A stretch of 63,929 nucleotides of DNA, counting the filler, from Reclinomonas americana ATCC 50394 (lineage: Eukaryota), in the NCBI GenBank assembly GCA_048213135.1. It is 20 parts of 20 records of this genome, joined end to end, with 100 filler letters (N's around TTAATTAATTAA, not from the genome) between each part and the next. Parts side by side here need not be neighbours in the genome. Positions count along the whole stretch, not along the records: positions 53,571 to 60,017 come from AFZH01021566.1; positions 60,118 to 62,795 come from AFZH01021567.1; positions 62,896 to 63,929 come from AFZH01021568.1; 17 more parts are not named here. The stretch is one strand, 5' to 3'. Of the stretch, positions 54,516 through 63,929 are shown piece after piece. Position 1 is the first letter of the stretch. Each line of letters opens with the position of its first letter. The translations under genes and the position numbers were made by a program. The notes beneath the pieces are model-generated. The model worked only from the letters and a program-made list of their open reading frames with translations, searched no databases and was not told the origin of the DNA.

Positions 54516-55310
54516 AATGCGCCGGGAACTCCCGTGAGTGATCCCGGCAGTGGCGGTGACACTGCTGCACCTCCCACCACCACAACTGCAGCAGCAGCAT
54601 TACCACCACTCCCACACCGCCACTCCCACCAACCATCATCGACCTATAGGCCTCGCTGCACCACACGCAATGGCGACGAAATACAACAATCAAGCCCCGA
54701 ATTACATAACACCCTAATACGCAGAACGTAACCTGCCTTCGTCACCAAACACACACACTTCGAAGCTTCGATATCAGAAGTCCTGCGCCTTCATTGATCA
54801 CTTTGCAGCAACTGCGTGTGCAGAGAATGCAGCGCGACCTGCCGGGAACTCCCGTGAGTGATCCCGGCAGTGGCGGTGACACTGCCACTGCAGCAGCACC
54901 TCCCACCACTGCAGCATTACCACCACTGCCCACCACTCAACACCGCCATTCCCACCGGTACCCAACCATCATCAACCTCGCTGCACCACTCGCAATGGCG
55001 ACGAAATACACAACAATCAAGTTCCCAACTACATTACACCCTAATACGCAGAACGTAACCTGCCTTCGTCACCAAAGACACATGCACTTCAAAGCTTCGA
55101 TATCTGTGGTGAAGTCCTGCACCGCACATCAGTCACTTTGCAGCAGTATCGCGCGCGCAGAGAATGCAGCGCGACCTGCCGGGAACTCCCGTGAGCGATC
55201 CCGGCAGTGGCGGTGACACTGCCACTGCAGCAGCACCTCCCACAGCAGCATTACCACCACTTCCCACTCAACAACACCGCCACTCCCACCAACCATCATC
55301 AACCTCCTCT
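54516..55310 (+). repeat. Three imperfect tandem units (periods 320 and 337 bp)
   Basis: GCCGGGAACTCCCGTGAG(T/C)GATCCCGGCAGTGGCGGTGACACTGC at 54521, 54841 and 55178. Confidence 0.9.
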
Positions 55311-55604
55311 CACGCTCACTCTCACCACTCACTGCATCACCACTCACTGCATCACTCACTGCATCATCATCATCATGCGCCTCATGTGCACTACTCAGTG
55401 GCCACGAATTCGTCTCCAGTGGCGGCCGCGGCTGCGTTGGCGACACCCACTGGCATTGTGGCATCGGCATCGTATCCGTCGTTGACACGTGTGCATACTG
55501 CGTGTGAGTAGGAGAGGGGGAGAGGGAGAGGGGAAGAGGGAGAGGGAGGGAGAGGGCAGAGGGTGTGTGTGCACTGATGATTGCAATAAGATCTTGTTCT
55601 CTCC

Positions 55605-55640
<36 letters not shown>

Positions 55641-55716
55641 GCCTCTCTCTCTCGTCTTGTATCGCTGTGGGCGCTTTGGCGCGAGGAAAGAATGCAAGCA
55701 GCATCTCAGTCCTTCA

Positions 55717-55752
<36 letters not shown>

Positions 55753-57498
55753 ACCTCCAGTCATCCTCCTTCGCCCTCTCCCTCACCCCACCCCTCCCTT
55801 CCCTCCCCCTTCCCCTTGCCCTCACCCCTCAGCCTCCTTCGGCACCCCCACCCACATCGTGGTCCTCGACGACGACGGCGCGGAGAGCGCGAGCGAGGGC
55901 ATGCCAGAGGACCTGGACGGCATCGCTGGTGTCGGCGGCGGTGGCGGTGGCGCATTGCTGACCGAGATTCTGACGCCCACGGCGGCCTCGGAGGGCGGTG
56001 TGTTTCCTGCAGTGGCCGCCGCCGCAACGGGAGCAGGAGATGGTGGCGATCTGTCGTCGGTTCACTCCTCGTCGGCTGCCTTCCCGCCGCCGCCACTGCC
56101 CCTGCCACCACCAGCAGTGCCACCGTCATTGCCGCCGGTCGCCGCGTCCCTGGCACCACCACCACTGGCAGCATTTCCACGCAATGCGTCGCTGTCTGGT
56201 GGCATGGACGACTCGGTGGCCGAGCCGATTCCGGTGGAGACGCGCAGTCGCCTGCTGAGTGGAGTGTTTGGTCTGACCAGCGAGGAGGCGCACAGGTTCC
56301 CTCGATTTTCCTGGTGAATCCCTCCTCTGTAGGTGTCGTCGACTCACACACACCCTTTGAGTGCGCAGAACCCTAATTCAGCTGTGCGAATCGGTGGCAG
56401 ACGAGGGTCTCCGCCGCCACTCGTTCACGCACTACCTTGGTCGATTCGTTTTCAACGACATGGCAATGCTCTTCACACTGGCCGTCGGCATGCTCATTGC
56501 CGTGTTTGTCATTCGGCAGGTGAGGCGGTGAAAAGGGATTCTTGAAAGTGTGGGCTGATCATGTTGCTGAGCGCGTGGTGTCACAGGTCCGCGACGACAG
56601 CGACGCGTACATGCACGGCTCTCCGACGCGAACGCTGGTCGAGTTCCTCGTGGGCCTGGCCATTCTCATCACCGCCGGCTCGTTTTACATGCGCGAGACG
56701 TATCTCACGGTTCGCCGACCAGAATCATCTGTACACCTTCACACACCGCCGCTGCTCACCCTCCCTGTCGCCGCGCAGGATGTGGAGTACTATCGAAGAC
56801 TCAAGCTGGTCACCGAGAATCTCGTCAAGAACGGCTTTGGCGACACCACTGCATTCACGCAGCCGTATCGCGAGCTCGACTCGTCGCGCATCGTGTCGGT
56901 GCGCCGTGACGGCAAGTGGGTGGCGTTGTCGACGATTCTGCTGGTGCAGGGCGACATTATCGGGTGTGCCGTCAATGTGCTGCACAAGCTGAGATTATCG
57001 GTGGCGCCAGTGGATTTGGATGGTTTGTGAGGGAGGAGGAGAAGGAGGAGGGAAGGAGGGAGAGAGAGGGGGAAAGGGGAGAGGGGAGAGGGGGAAGGGG
57101 GGAGGGGGAGGAGGGGCAGAGTGAGGGTGTGTTTGTTGAGCATTCTCTCTCTCCCTCTGTGCTCGTGTAAGATGCCTGTTTGCCAGTGTCAGAGGACTTC
57201 TTTGTTGAAGAAGTGAGAGTGAGAGAGAGGAAGTGCAGTTGTAGAGTTACACGCACCGCACAGTCTCTCTCCTTCTCTCTGGCAGCGCGCTCTCTCTCTC
57301 TCTGCCTCTCTCTCTCTCTCTTCTCTTCTCTTCTCTCGATATGCCTGTGTACCTGAACTTATTTGTTGAAGAAGAGAGAGAGGATGGTCACGTGCAGTCT
57401 CCGGCTCTCTCCTTCTCTCTCTGGAAGGGCAGTCGCCGAGTTTCTTGCGCGCTCTCTCTCTCTCTTCTCTTCTCTTCTCTCGATATGCCTATTTACCT

Positions 57499-57547
<49 letters not shown>

Positions 57548-60500
57548 TCGCTGCTTGTCCGTCATGTGCGCGCGCTTCAGAGAATATTTGCGTTGTGGAA
57601 GGGGACTTGTTCTATCACTTTCACTCTCTCTTCTTTCATGTGCTGCTTTGAAGCAGAGTGGGTGCGTCGCTCTTGCTCATATCGGTGGATCTGCGCATTG
57701 CGAGTTGAAGCGATCCTGTCAACATGTTTCTTTCTTGTCGTTCGTCCTCGCACCATGCACAGGAAAATTACCCCCGATCTTTCCGTTGCTTCTCCATCTC
57801 CTTGAACCACACCAGCTTTCTCCTCTCCAGCCGCCTGTCGCCCCCGTGCTCTTATGATTCGTACCTTTCCATCTCATCTCCTCATTCACCCTCTGTCGTC
57901 GCTCTCTCTCTCTCTCTCTCTCTGCCTCCCTTTCATTTCCCCTTCCCCCTTCCTCACTCTCCCTTCCCCCTTCCTCACTCCCCTCCCCCTTTCCTGCAGC
58001 CGGTTTGTACCGCGTTCAGGAAACACCGCTGAGAAGAGTATTCGCCAGCGCCACCAAAGACCGCTTCCGGCAAGAGGTCACCCTGTTTCGCAAATTTCGC
58101 CACCTGCGACCCGTTCTGGCCCTGACGCTGGCCGCCGCCCTCGTCATCATGTACATTATTAATATTTGTCGGTGCGTCTGTTTCTCTACTGCGCGCATGT
58201 ATGCGTGCGTGTGTATGTTGATTGATGGTGGCTCTCTCTCGCAGAGTGGCGGTACCGCGTGGAGGATCGGACTGGGTGTGGTTGCTGCTACAGCTGCCTG
58301 CCAATATGCTGGTGGCCGCGGTGTGTGTCAGTGCCTCCATGGCGTACATTCTGGCCAATGCCTACGGCAATGTCAAGATGCACATCATGTCGGAGACGCA
58401 GTATGCGACGGGCGAGGTATGACCAGAGAGAGACAAGGAAAGGGTGGGAAGATAGAATAGAAAGGAGAGGAATGGAGAGAGAAGAGAAGAGGAGAGAGAA
58501 TCAGAATAGATCTCGCGCCCCTCTTGCGATTATTTTGCTCTGTCGCCAGTTGCGCACAGTCTCGCAAATCACGCCAGTTGCGCTTGTTGTCGCATGTGGG
58601 AGACATGAATAGAATACGACATGGGAGAAGAAGAGGGAAGAGAGAAGGAGGAAGAGAGAAGAGACAAAGGAGGAGAGAGAAGAGACAGGAGGAAGAGAGA
58701 AGAGAAAAGTGACGAAGATAGAAGCAGACTGGAGGGAGAGCGATGGCTGAGATAGAGAAATAGACGGACAGAAGAGCGTGTTTGTGAGACAGAGAAGAGC
58801 CTGTCAAACAGTTCATATGCGTGAGGTGAATGGTTTCGCACAGTGTGGCAGTTTTACAAGTGAGGATGTGGAGTACAACAGTGCTTCCTGTCAAGTGCAG
58901 ATTGATGATCCCTCTCTCTCTTTCCTTCCCACTCTCTTTCTTTCTTTCTCTCCTTCTCTCTCCTTCCTTCTCTCTCTTCCCTCTCTCTTTCCTTTTTTCC
59001 TTCTCTCTTTCTCCTTCTCTCCCTCTCTCCCTTCTCCTTCTCCCCCTCCCTTTTCCTCACTCTCCCTTTCCCTTTCTCCCTCCTCTCATTGCTCATCTCT
59101 TGTCGCAGTGTGAAGTCGGCAACGCACCCTTCTTCCGTCGGTTTCTCGCCGCGCTCTTTGGACGCAACCGGTTGCACATTTTTCGCAGTGCCAATGCGTT
59201 TCTCACCCTCGGCACCGTCACCTCGCTGTGCATGGTCGACAAGGAGGGCATTCTGACAGATGTGCGTGTGGGATTAACTTCTGCAAGTCGCAAACCCTGT
59301 TGGTCGCTCATTTTTTGTGCCTCTTTTGCAGCACTATCCGGTGCCGGAAAAGGTCTACATGCTGCACGAGAGTGACGATGAGGAGGGCGATGAAGACGAC
59401 GAGGAGTACGAGGAGGCAGAAGAGGTGACGGTGGAGGTCGCTGAGCAAGAGAACCCACCCGACGGAGGCGAGGTGGAGGGAGAGGGCGAGTATGAAGAGG
59501 GCGAATACGAGGAGGGCGAGTATGAGGAAGATGAGGAAGAGGAGGATGAGGAAGAGGAGGGAGAAACGACAGAGGAGGAAGGCGGCGGCGGCGGCGGCGA
59601 AAAGGTCGTTGCCGCCACTGCTGCAGCAACTGTCGCCGCCGCCGGTGTCGACGACGAGGATGACGCGCGTGCACCCACCGACATCTCCATTGAGATGGAC
59701 GAGGCACCGGATGTGGAGAACGCTGGTGTTGCTGCTGGCGGTGTTGCTGACGACGAGGATGATGAGCACCGATATGCCGACGATGACGGGACTCTGCAGT
59801 CGGCGCCCCCGCGTGAACACGGTGCGCTCTGTATGCCATTTCTCTCTCTCTCTCTCTCTCCTCTCGTCGGCTCAATGTTTTTCTTGCATCGACAGACGGC
59901 GAGCTGGAGCCATCCGGAGGTGGACCGAGTCTGCCGAGTTGCGTCCATGTTGAACATCTCAGGCAGATGTTCTTTTTGGTACTCATGAATCGCGCAGCAT
60001 GGGGCGGCAAGGCACGCNNNNNNNNNNNNNNNNNNNNNNNNNNNNNNNNNNNNNNNNNNNNTTAATTAATTAANNNNNNNNNNNNNNNNNNNNNNNNNNN
60101 NNNNNNNNNNNNNNNNNATTCAAGCTCTCGTTCTCTCACATACACACACCGCCTTCTGTTATTCCGCCCTCGCGTTCCTATCGTCATGTTTCTCTTCCGT
60201 TCTTTCTATTTCTCGTACACACCGCCTTCCATTATTCACGTGTTTATCCTCGTGTCACTGCTCTCTCTCTCTCTCTCTCATACACAGATGCATAATCACA
60301 CACCTACCTTCTGTTCTTCCCGTCGTGCAACCCTGTTCGCTGGCGTGTCCCTCTTCTCTCTCTCACTCTCTGTCTTTGCTCTCTCTTTCTCTCTCACACA
60401 CACATGCACACTTGCATGATCACACACACACGCACGCACACACACACACACATACTCACTGCCTCCTGCTATTCCCCCGCGCAAGTCTGTTCTCGTGTGT

Positions 60501-62935
60501 CCCTCATCTCTCTCTCTCTCTCTTTCCACTCTCTCCCTCTCTGCACATTTACACACGCTGCCTCCTGCTATTCTCCTCGCGCAATTCTGTTCTCACTCTC
60601 TTTCTTTGTATCATACACATACACTCACGATGCCTTCTGTTTCTTGCTTGTGCAATTCTGTTCGCTCCCATGATTGCGTGCTTATGTACATCTCCTTCGC
60701 TTCCTTCCCTGCCTCCCTTCCCTCCCTTCCTCCCCGCCCCCATCTCTCTCCTCCCCTCCTCCCTCTCCTCTTTCCTTCTCCTCCCTCCCTCGCCTCCCTT
60801 CCCCCTTTCCCTCCCTTCCCCTCCTTCCCTCTCCTCCCCTCCCTTCCCCTCCCTTCCCCTCCCTTCCCTCCCTTTCCCCTCCCTTTCCCTCCCTTTCCCT
60901 TCCTCCCCTCCCCCTCACACTTTTTGTGTCGCCCAGATTACTGAAGCCTCTCGGCCTCAACTGCATCCTCAACTCGCTGTGGACACTGGAGAATCCCACA
61001 TCGGAGCTGACGGATCCGCAGGAGTCCATGACTGTGACGTGGGGCCGTTGCGTGGCGGAGTGTGACGCTTTCATGCCACCGCAGTTGCTTTACTCACAAC
61101 CGTGGTGTTGCCGCAGGATATCTGTCGCTTCTGGGCCGCGAGATTGGATTCACCGAGGAGGTGCTGAACATGTACCCGCTGCAGCGCAAGGTGCACATGT
61201 TTGCGTTTCCCAAGGTCTGTGCTCCATCCTCCATTGTGACTGGCGGTGGTGACGAGTTGACACAATTTCGGTGCAGGAACACGTCCAACAGCGTCGCACC
61301 TCGTCTGTGCGGAAGCGCATGCACATCATGAGCCTGGTGGTGCGCGATCCTCTCGGCGGCTACCAACTCATGTCGCAGGGCTCACCCGGCATTCTTCTCG
61401 ATTACTGCACTCGTGCGTTGTTATTCCTCTCTTGCATAACTCACCCGCTTGCACTGACCACTGATTGCGGCAGAGTACTGGGACGGATCGGATCTGAGAG
61501 AGCTGACGCCCGATGATCTCGACGAGCTGCTTGACGTGTACACGCGCTGGGTGGACCAGGGCGACTACATTTGTGTGGCATTTGCGTTGCGTAGAGTCAC
61601 ACAGTCGCTGATCGGTGACCATCTGCTGACTCGAACACACAGCTACAAGCCACTCGTCAACGACGCGTCGGGCTCGCTGTCGCGCAACGTGGAGAGCGGC
61701 ACCGATGCGGAGATTCGTTTCGACGATTTCGGTAGCCCGCCAACTCCGCTCACTGGTCCGTCGGCGAACGCCTCGGCCAATGCGTCGGCTTCGGGAACCG
61801 GCTTTGCGCCATTTGCTGCGGCGGCGGCTGACGACGCCTCGGAGCCCGTATCGTCGACGGCGACCGAGTCGATGGAAGGTGTGCATTTTTTGTTCTTCCA
61901 AGTGAGCGTCGCATGCAATGTCTCATGCGCTGGCAGTTTCACGCATGCGGGCACCGGAGCGTTTCTGGCGCACCCTGCAGCGTGATCAGATCTTTATTGG
62001 GTGCGGGGACTGTGGAATTTCGTGGCCTCTCGTGGTGTTTCTGCTGACTTTTTATTTCTGCACACAGCATGATTGCGATGCGCAAGCACCCAAAGGCGCG
62101 ACTCCGCAAGTTCATCGAGGACATGGACAGCGCTGGTGAGAGACAAAGAGACAGAGATCACGTAGAGGAGCCTGCGCTCACTGCATGACGTGCAGGAATA
62201 CGCTTCACCTACTTTAGCAACGCCAACGAACGACAGACTCGCGCGTTTGCCTCGCGGCTCGGTCTGGAGACAGGCTGGAACTGCATCATTTCACTGCGCG
62301 AGGAGGACAATGCGTACGAAGATCACGACCTGAAGGTGTGATGGACACGCCTGCGTTGTTTGACCCTGCTGAAGACTCACTCCCGACGCACAGGCCCGAC
62401 TGCCACGCGGTATTCCGGCCATCCGCGAACACATTGTCCACACCGACAATGTGCCACTGCTGGTCTCGCTCTTCTCCAACGCCACCGCCGACACCTCGGA
62501 GGAGATGGTTTGTGTGCCATCGATGCGAAGGCGGCGATCTCCTCCCTGTCTCTCACACCCATTTCCCCGCAGATCTCAGTGCTGCAAGAGAACTGCGAGG
62601 TGGTGTGCTGCGTCGGCTCCTCGCTCAACTGGACCAATTGCGGTGCCTTTACGCAAGCGGACGTCTCCATTGCCATTGATCCGTCCGTGTCGGTGCAGGA
62701 GGTGAGTTCCTTTCTTGCGTCACACTTTCTGTCGGAAAGAGTCTCACCATGCAAACAGCGATCGTTGGTGCAATTCACACCGGTTGCGCGCATCGNNNNN
62801 NNNNNNNNNNNNNNNNNNNNNNNNNNNNNNNNNNNNNNNTTAATTAATTAANNNNNNNNNNNNNNNNNNNNNNNNNNNNNNNNNNNNNNNNNNNNTTACG
62901 TTACGTTACGTTACGTTACGTTACGTTACGTACGT

Positions 62936-63001
<66 letters not shown>

Positions 63002-63503
63002 GCCATGTTTTCAAGGTTTCGCTCGTTCTCGTTGGCGCAGAGCACTTGCACAGTTGTATGTCACTTCTAAACACTGCGGATGCTTGCGTTCTCCACTGCT
63101 TCTGCACGAGTCTTCGCAAATCTCTGTGGCGCGCATCCCTTCCTCTGACTCCCCCCTTCCCCAACAATCACCAGGTGTGCATTCCATGGGTTTCCAACAC
63201 CGCTGCACGTCCATCTTCTCGCGATCGCCGCTGCGCAACATTGCCTGGCTGCTGTGCGCCATTGCGTGTGTGGCCGCGCAAGTCATCTTCTCCGTGGTCT
63301 ACGCCGTCGCGTCGCGCTTCGACTCGGACGTCACCCTCAGCGACGTGTCGCCGGGCCTGTGGATCGTGGCCGTGTTGTACGCTCCGCTCATTGCCGTAAT
63401 CGACGAGCTGGTCAAGCGACACGACCGACGACTGTTCCTGCGCCACCAGCGACGCCTGAAGCTCGACTTTGGCACGAAACTCGGTATGCACTCCCCCGTA
63501 TAG
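55164..63503 (+). CDS. TMEM94: TMEM94-like P-type-ATPase-related membrane protein, many exons, spread over three contigs
   Basis: LGTVTSLCMVDKEGILT, LKPLGLN, GIRFTYFS..LGLETGWNCIISL, LPRGI..DNVPLLV, C-terminus LKLDFGTKLGMHSPV; exon 1 ATG 55164 splices in frame to exon 2. Confidence 0.88.
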
Positions 63504-63929
63504 AGAGATTGGAAAGGGAAGGGGAAAAGTTATGAATGAGGAACTAGTGAGATCTAGAGCGAGGTGGGTGAGTGTGGATTTTCGATATGTGCATTTGTGT
63601 TCAGGACTCAGTGGAGCGCGTGATGGAGGTGGGCCGGCATAACACTTGTGGTCGTGGTCGGCGAGAGACTTGAACTGCGGGCCACACACTTCGTGGTCGT
63701 CGTTACGACTAGGGAAAGAGAGGAGGGCAGAGAGAGAAAGAGGTGGGCCATCATCGCTGTCGACTGGGGGCTCTGCATCGAAAGAACAACTTTTCCTGTA
63801 TCTTCTTTGGCACGATTTCGAACACACGCCCAGCAGCCGCGAGTGAGAGAGCTCCTCTCTCCACACAGCAGCAGCAGCCTGCGATCGAGTGACATGAGAG
63901 GGACATGGGAGAGAGAGAGAGAGGCAAGA

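Noticed and set aside
45531..55310. Spaced repeats as CRISPR arrays
   Set aside because: Spacers are far too long or are themselves repeated, the context is eukaryotic, and there are no cas genes.
4604..62895. Recurrent TTAATTAATTAA motif and ORFs ending in X...LIN
   Set aside because: Artificial six-frame-stop linkers, not biology.

Overview
The window is 20 contigs joined by 19 artificial 100-nt linkers (N44-TTAATTAATTAA-N44), and it mixes two organisms. Positions 1-42836 are a high-GC actinobacterium (Microbacteriaceae-like by gene content and leaderless TANNNT promoters; inference). Positions 42937-63929 are an intron-rich, microsatellite-rich eukaryote. Bases 1-15048 form a defence-island-like block. 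Its core is a complete retron on the - strand: a DUF3800/RNase H-fold gene (5513-6193), then an unannotated and very compact 89-nt msr/msd ncRNA (5426-5514, perfect 11-bp a1/a2 repeat, predicted branching G at 5502), then a retron RT. The ORF track shows the RT as truncated, but its two halves rejoin in frame across the first linker (4278-5421). Neighbours are a GIY-YIG nuclease, a possible ART-fold toxin pair, a 5mC methyltransferase, a GHKL ATPase-nuclease, a second DUF3800 gene and an HNH gene. The 15-43 kb part holds ordinary catabolic, transport and regulatory fragments. The eukaryotic part carries four near-identical-repeat WD40 genes, Bax inhibitor-1, a Pelle/IRAK-like kinase and a TMEM94-like gene. 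All family calls come from motif recognition by eye, not from database searches.
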